Positions 39,483-51,788 are shown, numbered from the stretch's first letter. The stretch is 64,000 bases of DNA from an uncultured Solirubrobacteraceae bacterium (GCA_963792915.1 CAWBYD010000006.1:21224-85223), one strand, 5' to 3'. Notes: generated by a model from the letters alone, not told the origin. A program made the numbers and translations.

Positions 39483-40178
39483 TCAGAACGAGACGCGGGC
39501 GCCGCCGCACAGGAAGCGCATGAATTCCGCGGACTCGCCGCACAACTCGATGAACCGCGAGAGAAACCCGCCGGCGGTGACCTCTGACTCGCTCAGGTCG
39601 GCGACGGCGATGAAGTCCTTGCGCTTGAGGTCCTCGATCAGCGGATGGTCGCGGTCGAAGCCGGCGGGCGGGCGCTTGAGCGCGCTGCCGCCGAGACGGA
39701 AGTGCTCCGTGAATGCCGGGTCCTCGACGATGCCCTGCCAGCGCAGCGGGGTCGTGGCGATCGCGGTTCGGATGGCGTGCAGCGTCTGAGCGTCCGGGCT
39801 CCACATGCCGCAGCCCAGGAAGACGGTGCCGGGCTCGAGGTGTAGGTAGAAGCCTGGAGCGTGGGCGTCTCGTGCGCGCTCGTGGCGGAACTGGATGCCG
39901 ACGTGAGTCTTGTACGGCGACTTGTCCTTGGAGAAGCGGATGTCGCGGTAGATGCGGAACATCGAGCCGCCGGTCGGCCGCGGATCAGCAGTGATGTGGC
40001 GGCTGACCTCCTCCGGCAGGCGCATTCCGACGTCTTCGATGAACGCCAGCGCGGGTTCCTGGACGTCGGCGACGTAGCGATCCTTGTTGGCCGCGAACCA
40101 CGCACGGTCGTTGTTCTCGGCGAGCTTGGTCAGGAAGGCGAACAGCTCAGGGGAGAAGGACGGCTCCTCGTCGGTCAC
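39483..40178 (-). CDS. DUF2461 (TIGR02453) family protein
   Basis: NNDRAWF, FRIYRDIRFSKDKSPYK and LKRPPAGF...DLKRK. Confidence 0.9.
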   Translation of the reverse strand: MTDEEPSFSPELFAFLTKLAENNDRAWFAANKDRYVADVQEPALAFIEDVGMRLPEEVSRHITADPRPTGGSMFRIYRDIRFSKDKSPYKTHVGIQFRHERARDAHAPGFYLHLEPGTVFLGCGMWSPDAQTLHAIRTAIATTPLRWQGIVEDPAFTEHFRLGGSALKRPPAGFDRDHPLIEDLKRKDFIAVADLSESEVTAGGFLSRFIELCGESAEFMRFLCGGARVSF

Positions 40179-40243
40179 GCCGCCTATCTTCGCTTAGCGA
40201 AGCCGCCGCACTCAATTCGCGGCGCCGATCCCCCGGGCGTTAC

Positions 40244-40306
40244 TGGCCGCATGTCTTGGATGGGGAGTCCCGGCGCCTGGTCGTCGGCGGTGACGAACAT
40301 CGGCGC
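40244..40306 (-). pseudogene. Relic of the SRA-like/HNH gene
   Basis: APMFVTADD/PGLPIQDMRP matches the 19845-20756 protein (nt ~20290-20372) with an internal deletion. Confidence 0.65.
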
Positions 40307-40389
40307 GCGGCGGCTGACCGCGGGGCACGCCGAGACGGAGATCACGGCGGCCGGTCCGTCCCGTAAACGCGCTCGCGCCGATCGCCGGC

Positions 40390-41106
40390 TCACTTGACGC
40401 TGGCGATCAGCCGCTCACGGTCGAACGTCGCCGAGACGAGCCGCCAGCCGAGCGCGTTGGCCACCAGCAGCGCCGCCCCGAGGCCGACGGCGAGCCCGAG
40501 CGTCGCGTGGATCGTGCCGAACGCGATGAGCGTGGTCACGACCGCCCACGGGAGGCTCACCAGCATGCTGAGCTGCTGCGCGGCGCGGATGTCGCTCGAT
40601 CTGGCCGAGATCGCGATCGCCAGCCAGATCGAGCAGCCGGCGATGAGCGGCGTGAAGATCACCTGGGCGATGATGTCGGAGGCGCGGATGAGCGCGCCGG
40701 CGACGCCCGGCGAGGCGAAGAGCTCGGCGCAGGCGAGGAAGCAGGCGTAGACGGCGTACGCGACCGCGACCGACGGGATCAGCGGCGCGAGTGCCTTGCC
40801 GACCACGAACTCCTCGCGGCGGATCGGCGTCGTGAGCACCGGCTCGAGCGTCCCCTGCTGGCGCTCGCCGACGATCGAGGCGGCGGCGACGGCTGCCGGC
40901 ACGAGCGCGGGCACGGCGAGCATGTAGAGCAGCACGTGGCGGTGGCTGAGCTGGGTCGCGTCCGAGGACTTCAGCACCAGCAGGCTCACGAGCGGCTGGA
41001 TGAGGAAGATCAGCGGGAGGATCGCCATCGCCAGGACGACGGAGCGACTGCGCCGATACTCCCGCAGCTCCTTGCGCACGATCGCGCGGATGCGCCGCCG
41101 GTTCAC
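40390..41106 (-). CDS. ABC-2 type exporter permease
   Basis: IVRKELRE, SIVGERQQGTLEPVLTTP and several TM segments. Confidence 0.9.
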   Translation of the reverse strand: MNRRRIRAIVRKELREYRRSRSVVLAMAILPLIFLIQPLVSLLVLKSSDATQLSHRHVLLYMLAVPALVPAAVAAASIVGERQQGTLEPVLTTPIRREEFVVGKALAPLIPSVAVAYAVYACFLACAELFASPGVAGALIRASDIIAQVIFTPLIAGCSIWLAIAISARSSDIRAAQQLSMLVSLPWAVVTTLIAFGTIHATLGLAVGLGAALLVANALGWRLVSATFDRERLIASVK

Positions 41107-42101
41107 GACGCGTCGTCGCCGATCAGTTCGAGGTAGACGTCCTCGAGCGAGTGCTGCGATTCGCCGATCGCGAGCACGTCCGCGCCGGCCGCCACGAGCG
41201 CGCGCGCCACCGCCGGGGCGGCGACGGTTGCCTCAGAGACGGCCAGGACGTACCGGCCGGGCTCGGCCGACCGCCACCCGTCGACGCACGGCAGGCCGGC
41301 GAAGACGCGGTCCGGCGCGGCGAGCGGGGCCACCGTCCGGACGCTGAGCGCCTTGGCGAACAGCCGGTCGCGCAGCTCGTCGGGCCGGCCGATGCTGCGC
41401 AGCGTCGTGTTGAGAATCGCGACGCGGTCGCAGAGGCGCTCGGCCTCCTCGAGGCGATGCGTCGTCAGGAAGATCGTCACGCCGCTGCGCCCGAGCGCCG
41501 CGATCAGCTCGTGAACGTCGCGGGTGGCGACCGGGTCGAGGCCCGCGGTCGGCTCGTCGAGGAACAGCACCTGCGGGTCGCTGAGCAGCGCGCGCGCCAG
41601 TGCGACGCGCTGGCGCAGGCCCTTCGACAGCGCGCCGCACGGGTCGTCCGCGCGATCGGTCAGGTTGACGGCGCGCAGCGCGCGGTCGATGCGCTCGCGC
41701 GGGCCGGGCACGTCGTAGAGGTCCGCGAAGCATTCGAGGTTCTCGGCCACGCTCAGGCGCAGGTAGAGCCCGGGGGTCTCCGGCAGGATCGCGATCCGCC
41801 GCCGGATCTCGACGCCGTTCTCGGGCGTGAGCGGGATGCCGGCCACGGTCGCGGACCCCGAGGTCGGCGCGATCAGCGTCCCGAGCGCTCGGACGGTCGT
41901 CGTCTTGCCGGCACCGTTCGGCCCGAGGAATCCGAAGATCTCGCCGTGGCCGATCTCGAAGGACACGTCCTCGAACGCCGTGCGCGCGCCGAAGCGCTTG
42001 CTCAGCCCGTGGACGGCCAGCGCCACGCCGGCAACCGTCCGATCGACGTGATCAGCGGACACTCGCCGCAAATCTACGCGGGTTCGATGAGCTGACTCCA
42101 T
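41103..42101 (-). CDS. ABC exporter ATP-binding protein (start uncertain)
   Basis: GPNGAGKTT, LSKGLRQR, LFLDEPT. Confidence 0.9.
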   Translation of the reverse strand: MESAHRTRVDLRRVSADHVDRTVAGVALAVHGLSKRFGARTAFEDVSFEIGHGEIFGFLGPNGAGKTTTVRALGTLIAPTSGSATVAGIPLTPENGVEIRRRIAILPETPGLYLRLSVAENLECFADLYDVPGPRERIDRALRAVNLTDRADDPCGALSKGLRQRVALARALLSDPQVLFLDEPTAGLDPVATRDVHELIAALGRSGVTIFLTTHRLEEAERLCDRVAILNTTLRSIGRPDELRDRLFAKALSVRTVAPLAAPDRVFAGLPCVDGWRSAEPGRYVLAVSEATVAAPAVARALVAAGADVLAIGESQHSLEDVYLELIGDDAS

Positions 42102-42257
42102 CCTCAGTAGAACGCCACCGGATTCCGCGGTCGACTGCGGGCGCGCGCGACCCCGCGGCTGTCGATGACGCGCCAACTTGACGCCGGGCAGTTGAGGTCG
42201 AGCACCGACCGGCCGATATCGCGGCTCAACTGTCTCGTGTCGTCAAAGGAGGCCCGC

Positions 42258-43448
42258 GTGGCCATGTCGTGGTTTGGTGGCCCGAAGGGCTCGCCGGCCG
42301 GTGATCCAGTGCTGGAACAGCTCACGCAGCGGCTTGCGAGCCTGCATGACAACTGCCTGAGCAACCTCGTGGTCGGACTGGACGCGATGCGCGCCGGCGA
42401 CCTGACGGTCGCGGTGACGCCGGTCACGGCGCCGGTCGAGGCGCGCAGCGAGGACCCCGCCGTCCAGGCGCTGGTGGAGCTGTTCAACGGGATGCTCGGC
42501 AAGGCGCAGGCGGCGCTCGCCGGCTACAACGACGTGCGCGAGACGCAGCGGCGCGCGCTCGGCGACCACTCCTGCCTGACCGACCTGCAGGCACGCCTGA
42601 ACAGCCTCTCCGACAACTGCCTGACCGGGCTCGGCGAGGGCCTGGCGGCCGTCGCGGACGGCGACCTGACGGTCGACGCGCACCCCGTCACGACGCCGCT
42701 CGGTGCCGGCTCGGGCGAACTCGGCGAGGTGTTCAACGGCATGCTCGCCCGGGCGCAGGGCGGGATCGCGTCCTACAACGCGATGCGGGAGCGCCTGAAC
42801 GACAAGGTCGGCGGGATGGTCGGCGAGATCGGCTCGCTGGCCGCCAAGGTCGCGAGCAGTTCGCAGCAGCTGTCGGCCAGCGCGCAGGAGACCGGCCTGG
42901 CGATCGGCGAGATCGCCACCGCGGTCGGCTCGGTCGCCGAAGGGGCGGAGCGCCAGGTGCTGCTGGTCGGGTCGACGCGCGAGGCGGCGCAGGACGCCGT
43001 CGAGCGCGCGGCGAAGGCGCGCGAGGTCGCCCAGCAGGGCGTCGCGCTGACCGGCGAGATCGCCTCGATCGCCGACCAGACCAACCTGCTGGCGCTCAAC
43101 GCCGCAATCGAGGCCGCCCGCGCCGGCGAGCAGGGCCGCGGCTTCGCGGTCGTCGCCGACGAGGTCAGAAAGCTGGCCGAGTCCGCTTCGCGCACCGTGG
43201 AGCAGACGAGAGCGGCGTTCGACGGGCTCGCGGTCAGCATCGAGGACGTCAGCGACTGCATCGGGCGCGTGGCGCGTGCCACCGACGAGGTCGCGAAGGT
43301 CGCGAGCAACTCCAGCGCGGCTACGCAGCAGGTGTCGGCCGCCGCGGAGGAGTCCAATGCCTCGACCGAGCAGGTCGCCGTGACCAGCGGCGAGCTCGCC
43401 GGCTACGCGTCCGAACTGGACCGTCTCGTCGGCGCGTTCAGCGTCTGA
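42258..43448 (+). CDS. Soluble methyl-accepting chemotaxis protein with two HAMP-like repeats
   Basis: [48 protein letters not shown]. No TM segment. Confidence 0.9.
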   Translation: MAMSWFGGPKGSPAGDPVLEQLTQRLASLHDNCLSNLVVGLDAMRAGDLTVAVTPVTAPVEARSEDPAVQALVELFNGMLGKAQAALAGYNDVRETQRRALGDHSCLTDLQARLNSLSDNCLTGLGEGLAAVADGDLTVDAHPVTTPLGAGSGELGEVFNGMLARAQGGIASYNAMRERLNDKVGGMVGEIGSLAAKVASSSQQLSASAQETGLAIGEIATAVGSVAEGAERQVLLVGSTREAAQDAVERAAKAREVAQQGVALTGEIASIADQTNLLALNAAIEAARAGEQGRGFAVVADEVRKLAESASRTVEQTRAAFDGLAVSIEDVSDCIGRVARATDEVAKVASNSSAATQQVSAAAEESNASTEQVAVTSGELAGYASELDRLVGAFSV

Positions 43449-43525
43449 GCGGGCCCGTGAACGACCGCGGTCAACCGTGATGAAACAGACGTCGCCGCGA
43501 GATCGACGCAGTATGGCTACCTTGC

Positions 43526-44140
43526 GTGCGGACCATGCCTATTGCATCTCCTCCCTCATCCGGTGATAACCGGAACCGTCCGCCGGGTGAAACCTCGGAG
43601 GCTCGGATCGCGAAGGCGCTTGCGCATCCGTTGCGGGCTCGTATCTTGCAGCGGTTGGGTGAGCGGGTCGCCAGTCCTGGCGATCTTGCCGTGGAGTTGG
43701 GCGCGCCGCTGGGCGTGGTGAGTTACCACGTCCGGATGTTGCGTGATTACGAGTGTGTCGAGCTTGTGCGGACCGAGCCGCGGCGCGGTGCGTTGCAGCA
43801 TTTCTATCGGGCGACGGCGCGTCCGCAGTTGGATGAGCGTCAGTGGCGCTCGTTGCCGTCGGGTCTGCGCCGGGAGTTGGCGGGCGAGACGATCGGGGAG
43901 GTCGTGGAGGACTTGGGGGCGGCGGCGGATGCGGGGCTGCTGGATGATCCTGAGGTGGTGGTGTCGCGGACGCCGTTGGAGCTTGATGAGCGTGGGTGGC
44001 GCAAGTTGAACAAGTTGGTGGCGCGGACGCTTGAGCAGGCGCTGACGATCGCGGCCGAGAGTGCGGCGCGCGCGGAGGGCTCGGGCGAGGCGTTCGCAAC
44101 CGAGTTGGCGGTGCTGCACTTCAAGCGCGCCGAGCCGTAG
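43526..44140 (+). CDS. ArsR-like winged-helix regulator
   Basis: KALAHPLRARIL...VSYHVRML...RRGALQHFYRA. Confidence 0.85.
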   Translation: MRTMPIASPPSSGDNRNRPPGETSEARIAKALAHPLRARILQRLGERVASPGDLAVELGAPLGVVSYHVRMLRDYECVELVRTEPRRGALQHFYRATARPQLDERQWRSLPSGLRRELAGETIGEVVEDLGAAADAGLLDDPEVVVSRTPLELDERGWRKLNKLVARTLEQALTIAAESAARAEGSGEAFATELAVLHFKRAEP

Positions 44141-44206
44141 CGGGAGACGCCGCCGCGCACGCCGGACGGATCCGTAGTTGGCCGTAGCGATCGTGCGGGC
44201 AACTAC

Positions 44207-44476
44207 GTGTCACCGACCCCAATGGCTGACTATTTTTCCGGCGAACGGCCGGGCGTGCGTCCGGGCGACGACGACCTCAACCCTGTGGACGAAGATCAAT
44301 CACCCGCCAGCCCGAGCTGCGCGGCCTGCGGTGACCGCATCGGCGTCTACGAGCGCGTACACCGCGAGGATCCCGACGGCACGCTGACCCCCACGTCGCT
44401 GCTTGCCGACGGGTCCGACGGCCGGGTCGCTCGCCGCTACTTCCACATCGACTGCGCCGCGACGGCCGAGAGCTGA
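44207..44476 (+). CDS. Small hypothetical protein with CxxC...HxxC
   Basis: CAACGDRIGVYE...FHIDC. Confidence 0.55.
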   Translation: MSPTPMADYFSGERPGVRPGDDDLNPVDEDQSPASPSCAACGDRIGVYERVHREDPDGTLTPTSLLADGSDGRVARRYFHIDCAATAES

Positions 44477-44480
44477 CGCG

Positions 44481-45236
44481 TCAGAGATGGCGCGTGCCGC
44501 CGTCCGGGCACAGCTCGCTGCCGGTGAAGAACGACGAGTCGTCGCTGGCCAGGAAGAGCGCCGAGACGGCGATCTCCTCGGGCCGGCCGAGCCGCCGCAT
44601 GGGGATCAGCGCGAGCTGCGCCCGCGCGGCCTCGTCGCGCAACTCGGGCGGGATCCCGATGTCCCCGCTCGCCATGGGCGTGTCCGTCAGCCCCGGGCTG
44701 ATCGCATTCACGCGGATCCCCCGCGGCGCGAGCTCGGCGGCCAGCGTCCGTCCGAGCGATAGGACCGCGGCCTTGGCGGCGTTGTAGACGCTCGTCAGCG
44801 GGAACCCGCGCGTCGCCCCGGCGGAGCCGACGAGGACGATCGATCCGCCGTCTCCCATGTGCGGGAGTGCCTGCTGGACGGTGAAGAACGCGCCGCGGAA
44901 GTGCACGGCGCACAGGGCGTCGAACTCGTCCGCGGTGACGGCCTCGAGCGGGCCGAAGCGCCCGATGCCCGCGTTCGCCACCAGGACGTCGATCCGGCCG
45001 AACGCCTCAGCGGCGGCGCGCATCAGCCGCTCGAGGTCCGCCAGCCGCGTGACGTCGCCGCAGACGCCGATCGACGCGCCGCCGAGCTCGGCCGTGGTCC
45101 GCCGCACCGTGTCCGGATCGCGGCCGAACACCGCGACGCGCGCGCCGTGCTGGGCGAACAGCCGTGCGGTCGCGAGCCCGATGCCACTCGTGGCGCCCGT
45201 GATCACGCACGCCTTGCCCTCAAGCTTGCGCGCCAT
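44481..45236 (-). CDS. SDR family oxidoreductase
   Basis: TGATSGIG, NAG, YNAAK and VNAISPG. Confidence 0.92.
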   Translation of the reverse strand: MARKLEGKACVITGATSGIGLATARLFAQHGARVAVFGRDPDTVRRTTAELGGASIGVCGDVTRLADLERLMRAAAEAFGRIDVLVANAGIGRFGPLEAVTADEFDALCAVHFRGAFFTVQQALPHMGDGGSIVLVGSAGATRGFPLTSVYNAAKAAVLSLGRTLAAELAPRGIRVNAISPGLTDTPMASGDIGIPPELRDEAARAQLALIPMRRLGRPEEIAVSALFLASDDSSFFTGSELCPDGGTRHL

Positions 45237-45654
45237 CGGTGTCCCTCCCGAACGGCTTGCCGGCCCCGGCCTCGCAGAGCAGCCGCAGGCTCTCCAGGTA
45301 GTAGCCCCAGTTGAAGTTGTAGGTCCCGTACGCGTCGTCGGAGAGCTCGCGCGCGTAGTGCTGCCAGAAGCGCAGCCGCGTGCCCGCGCCGGTGTCCTCC
45401 AGCTCGAAGCTGAACTCGTTGCCGGCCCAGGGCTCATGGCCGCCGACGCATTCCCACCGCACCGCAGCGGGCGCCGCGGGCTCGGCGACCCGCATGACGG
45501 GGTTGAAGTCGCCGCCGAACGTGAACTCGATCGTGTCCGTGGTCGCCGTCACGCGCGTGGACCACCACGACGCCAGGCCGTCGGCCGTGGTCAGCGCGGA
45601 GTAGACGTCGTCGCGAGGCGCCGCGATCGCGAACACGTGGTGAATCGTCTTCAT
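45220..45654 (-). CDS. SRPBCC/AHSA1 domain protein
   Basis: VYSALTTADGLASWW...NWGYYLESLR. Confidence 0.85.
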   Translation of the reverse strand: MKTIHHVFAIAAPRDDVYSALTTADGLASWWSTRVTATTDTIEFTFGGDFNPVMRVAEPAAPAAVRWECVGGHEPWAGNEFSFELEDTGAGTRLRFWQHYARELSDDAYGTYNFNWGYYLESLRLLCEAGAGKPFGRDTDGAQA

Positions 45655-45812
45655 CGCTCGTCCTCGGCGATCGGGGTGGCGACCGCGAGCACCTGCTCGG
45701 CGGTCGGGACCAGGTCGTGGGCCTCCCGGCCGTGTTGCTGGCAGGCGGCGATCAGCTCCTCGTCGGTCCCCGTGACCGACCAGCCGCAGTCGCATACGAT
45801 CCGCTTGAGCAT
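45651..45812 (-). CDS. DUF1059-like small metal-binding protein (53 aa, not in the ORF track)
   Basis: MLKRIVCDCGWSVTGTDEELIAACQQHGREAH. ATGA overlap with the SRPBCC gene. Confidence 0.75.
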   Translation of the reverse strand: MLKRIVCDCGWSVTGTDEELIAACQQHGREAHDLVPTAEQVLAVATPIAEDER

Positions 45813-46626
45813 GGGGCCGGAATCTACGTTGCCGCGGTTGCAAACCGGTTGCGATCCGGCTGCTCCGCCCCTGCGGGTCTACCTCACGGGGGAGCTGGCG
45901 CTCGAGGCGGGCGAGCGCCTTGTGCACGAGGCGCGCCTTCCGGGGCCGCAGGGGCGGCACCTACTCGCGCTGCTGATCTCGGAGCACGGCCGCGCCGTCG
46001 GGCTGGACGAGCTCGCCGAGGAGCTGTGGGGACCCGCGCCGCCGGCCGCGTGGCGCACGTCGATCAAGGCGCTCAGCAGCCGTCTGCGCCGCGCGCTGTC
46101 GGCGACCGGCCTCGACGGCGCCGAACTGCTCGCCGGGGCGCCCGGCGTATACCGCTTCCGGCTGCCGGCCGGCGCGTGGGTCGACATCGACGCGGCGCTC
46201 TCGGCGACGCACGCGGCCGAGGCGCTGCTGGCTGGCGGCGACCCCGCGCGGGCGGGCCGCGAGGCGCTCGTGGCGCGGATCATCACTGCGCGCCCGCTCC
46301 TCCCCGGCCGCACCGGACCGTGGGTGGAGCGCCGCCGAGCGCAGCTGGCCGCCGTGCGCATCCGCGCGCTCGAATGCTCGGCGCGCGCGCGGATCGAGCT
46401 GGGGCTGGCCTCACAGGCCGTCCGCGACATGCAGCTCGCGCTCGAGGTCGAGCCGCTGCGCGAGCCCGCCTGGCGGCTGCTGATGGACGCGCACGCCGCT
46501 GCAGGCGACACCGCGTCCGCGTTGGCGGCCTATGAGCGCTGCCGCGCCCTGCTGGCCGAGCGGCTCGGCGTCGGGCCGTCCGCGCCGACGCGCCGCCACC
46601 ACTCGATGCTGCTGGCCGGGGCCTAG
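45811..46626 (+). CDS. AfsR/SARP family regulator (wHTH + BTAD), start uncertain
   Basis: LAEELWG, LSSRLRRAL, EPLREPAWRLLM and LAERLGVGPS. Confidence 0.88.
   Translation: MGPESTLPRLQTGCDPAAPPLRVYLTGELALEAGERLVHEARLPGPQGRHLLALLISEHGRAVGLDELAEELWGPAPPAAWRTSIKALSSRLRRALSATGLDGAELLAGAPGVYRFRLPAGAWVDIDAALSATHAAEALLAGGDPARAGREALVARIITARPLLPGRTGPWVERRRAQLAAVRIRALECSARARIELGLASQAVRDMQLALEVEPLREPAWRLLMDAHAAAGDTASALAAYERCRALLAERLGVGPSAPTRRHHSMLLAGA
45821..45863 (-). promoter_or_regulatory. SARP-type activator site: three heptamers plus a -10 box
   Basis: CGGTTGC at 45835, CGGTTGC at 45846, CGGCTGC at 45857 (11-bp period). 8-nt gap to TAGATT (minus strand, 45821-45826). Confidence 0.65.
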
Positions 46627-46967
46627 CCCCAGTCGGCGACGTAGTCCGACGGCGGCAGGTATTCGACGCCGCTCGCCATCTCCATCGCCCGGACGCTCTC
46701 GTTCATCGTCAGCAGCGGCCGCGTGCGATGCAGCTGCACGCCGCCGGCCGCGGAGACCGCGATCGACAGCGCGGCCGCGGACACGTTGTCCGGCAACTCC
46801 ACGATCATGACCAGGTCGGCGTCGCCGAACGCGAAGTAGGCCGCCTCGATCGACCCGCCGAGATCAGCGACCACAGGCCGGAGCTGCTCCAGCCGGTCAT
46901 GGGGGGCCTTCACCAGTGCGGCGAACGAGTCGCTGGTAAACCCCGCTTCGATCAGGTACCGGGACAT
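46623..46967 (-). CDS. GYD domain protein
   Basis: LGGSIEAAYFAFGDADLVMIVELPD. Confidence 0.85.
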   Translation of the reverse strand: MSRYLIEAGFTSDSFAALVKAPHDRLEQLRPVVADLGGSIEAAYFAFGDADLVMIVELPDNVSAAALSIAVSAAGGVQLHRTRPLLTMNESVRAMEMASGVEYLPPSDYVADWG

Positions 46968-47029
46968 GGCTGCTCCTCCGTACTTTTCTTGCCCGCAATT
47001 GTGCCCCTAAGCCCGTGTGCTGTCGATGC

Positions 47030-48423
<1,394 letters not shown>

Positions 48424-48615
48424 CGCTCGATGAGTATTCACCATCTCGGATGCGATCCGGCCGAGATCCGGAGCTGGGGAGGCCCGCACACGTCGTTACC
48501 GTGGCGGCCGACGACCGCGCGACGGCTGCCGCGTGCCGCTGATCGTCGCGCTCCTGCATCCGGACGGGCGCGAGCGCGCCTGGCGCACGGCCGCGCCCGT
48601 GACTCAATACACGAC

Positions 48616-49580
48616 ATGACAACGAACCCTGATGCGATCGTCGTCGGCGCGGGCCCTGCCGGACTGGTCGGCACAGTTCGACCGCGAGCGCGAGGACCAC
48701 TGGCCGCGACGCTGGGCGCAGGCGTACGTGGAGTTCGCCGCGGGCGAGAAGTACGCCTACCTGCGCGCGGGCACGGCAACTCGCTGCCGCGCTTCCACCT
48801 CGCATGGGGGACCGGGCCGGAGGTCGTCCGCATCTTCCTCGAGCCGGTCCAGGTCGTCCTCGCCCACCGCCACCAGGTTGACGAGATCGAGGACGGCGCC
48901 GCGGCCGGCGTCCTCGGGATCGTCCTGGCGCCGTCTCAGACCGCGCGCGGCGTCGCGTCCAACCGCGACCGGGTGGGCGAGTTCGAGCACCGCGCGGCGG
49001 CGGTCGTCGTGACGTCGGGCGGCATCGCCACAACTTCGACCTGATCCGCGAGAGCTGGCCGGTGGACCGGCTGGGCAAGGCGCCCGAGCATATGATCGCC
49101 GGGGTGCCGGCGCACGTCGACGGCCGGATGCCGGCGATCAGCGAGCGCGCCGGCGCGAGCGTCATCAACCGCGACCGGATGTGGCACTACACCGAGGCGT
49201 CTCCAACTGGGACCGGTCTGGCCCGAGCACGCGATCCGGATCATCCCGGGGCGGTCCTCGCTGTGGCTCGACGCGACCGGCCGGCGCCGGCCGGCGCCGT
49301 ACTTCCCCGGGTTCGACTCGCTCGGCACCCTGCGCCACATCGGGCGGACCGGTCACGACTCCACGTGGTTCATCCCTGACCCGGGCGATCGTCGAGAAGG
49401 AGTTCGCGCTCTCAGGCTCCGAGCAGAACCCGGACGTGACCAGCAAGGACATCCGGGTCGCCGCGCGCAGCCGGCTGGGCAAGGGCGCGCCCGGCCCGGT
49501 CCAGAAGTTCCTCGACCACCGGCGGCGTGCACGGCTACAACGCCTGGAGGGAACGTTCCCGCATCTTCTCCGGCCGCGCC
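48616..49580 (+). pseudogene. FAD-binding dehydrogenase (KsdD-like, COG3573) remnant with internal deletions
   Basis: VVGAGPAGLV, PRFHLAWGTGP, VTSGGI, DRMWHYTE, FALSGSEQNPD and YNALEGTF fragments in about 1 kb. Confidence 0.75.
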
Positions 49581-49626
49581 GCCGGCCTTGCGCTCGGACG
49601 CAAGGCGGCGGCGTGAGGAGTCAGCG

Positions 49627-51788
49627 TCAGCGGTAGGCGACCTCGGGCTCCGGCTCGGCGAGCGAGGGGAGCGCGTCGTCGTCGGGACGCTCGATGTTGA
49701 GGTGCGGCAGCCGCCGCTCGAGCCACGCCGGCATCCACCACATCGCCGGCCCGGCGAGGTGCATGACCGCCGGCAGGAGCAGCAGCCGGATGATGAACGC
49801 GTCGATGAAGATCGCCGCGCCGAACCCGACGCCCATCATCGCCAGCGCCCGCTCGTTGCCGATCGCGAACGCGCCGAAGACCGCGATCATGATGATCGCC
49901 GCCGCCGTCACGACGCGGCCGGTCATCGCCAGGCCGTGCTGCACGGCGTAGCGGGCGTTGCGCGTGTGCACCCACTCCTCGTGCATGCGCGAGACGAGGA
50001 ACACCTCGTAGTCCATCGAGAGGCCGAACACGACCGCGAACACCATGATCGGCAGGAACGACTCGATCGGCCCCGTCGCGCCGCCGAACAGCCCGGCCCC
50101 GTGGCCGTCCTGGAAGATCAGCGTCACGACGCCGAACGCGCCGGTGATCGAGAGCAGGTTGAAGACGCCCGCCTTGACCGGCACGAGCAGCGAGCGGAAC
50201 ACGATCGCGAGCAGCAGCAGCGAGAGCCCGACCACGACGCCGATGAACAGCGGCAGCTTGTCGCGGATCGTCTGCGCGAAATCGAGGTTCGTCGCCGTCG
50301 CCCCGCCGATCGACACGCGCGCGCCGGTCTCACGCTCGATCGGCGGCAACGTCTCGTTGCGCGCCGTCTTGCGGTGTCGTCGGTCGTCACGTCCTGCGGC
50401 GTCGTCGTCGGGTAGGCGATCATCGTCGCGGTGTCGCCGCGCTGGTTGAGCCGCGCGGGCAGCACCTGGGCGATCCCGTCCTGCTTGCCGAGCGCGTCGC
50501 CGATCCGCTTGAGCGTCGCCTGGTCGCCCGGCTTGGGCAGCTCGACCGCGAGCAGCAGCGGGGCGTTGAAGCCCGGTCCGAAGCCTTGCTTGAGCAGGTC
50601 GTAGGCGACCCGCGTGGTGTCGGACTTCTTGTACGTGCTGGCGTCGCTGGTCGCCAGGCGCATGTGCAGCGCGGGCAGCGCGAGCGCGATCAGCACGGCG
50701 AGCGCGAGCACCGCGACGGGCAGCGGCCGGCGCGCCACGAAGCCGCTCCAGCGCGAGGAGAAGCCGCGCTCGGAGTCGGCGCCGCCGCTCGCGGGCTTGA
50801 TGCGCCCGCCGATCTTGCTCAGCAGCGCCGGCATCAGCGTCAGCGACGCGATCATGGTGGCGAGCACCGACAGCGCGGCGCCGATCGCGGGGCCGTACAG
50901 GAACGAGATCCCGAGCAGCATCATGCCGAGCATCGCGATCACGACCACGATGCCCGCGAATAGCACGGCGCGGCCGGACGTATCGAGCGCGACGAGCGTC
51001 GCCTCGCGAACGTCGCGCCCGGCGCCGCGCTCGAGCCGGAACCGGTTCAGGATCAGCAGCGCGTAGTCGATCCCGACGCCGATCCCGATCATCGCCGCGA
51101 GCTGCGGCGTCCAGTTGACGACGTCGAGCAGGTGCGTGCCGACCACGGCCATCAGCCCCAGGCTCACGACCATCGCGAACAGCGCGTTGAGCAGCGGCAG
51201 CCCCATCGCGACCACGCCGAGCGTGAGGAACAGCACGAGCGCCGCCACGAGGATGCCGATGATCTCCCCGGAGCCGCCCTGCTGCGCCGTGGACCAGTGC
51301 ACGACGTCACCGCCGAGCGCGACCTGGACGCCGCCCTGGCCGTCGAGCGCCAGCGTCTTCTCGACCATCGTCTTGACCTTCTTGGGGTCGACGTCGCCCG
51401 AGGCCTTGCGGAACTGGATCTGGGCGAACGTGATCCGCCCGTCGCGCGAGACGGGGGCCCCGGCGGCGAAGGGATCCCCGACGGTGAGCACCTCGGGCGA
51501 CTGCTTGACGGTCGCGAGCGCGCGCTCGATCTGCGGGCGATGCCCCGGATCCAGCACGCGGCCGCCGTCGACCGCGAAGACGATCGTCGCGGTGTCGCCC
51601 GCCTGCTGTGGGAAGCGGTCCTTGAGCAGGTCATACGCCCGCTGGGACTCCGTGCCGGGGAGGCGGAAGTTGTTGACGTATTCGCCGGAGGCGACACCCC
51701 AGAGTGCGGCCAGCACGACGAAGGCGGCGACCCACAGGCCGATCACGGTGCGGCGCCGGTCATGGCACCAGGCGGCAAGACTGCGCAT
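49627..51788 (-). CDS. MMPL/RND family transporter, one frameshift near 50360
   Basis: GIDYALLI, TSGRAVLFAG, FGLSMDYEVFL and TGRVVTAAA. Confidence 0.9.
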
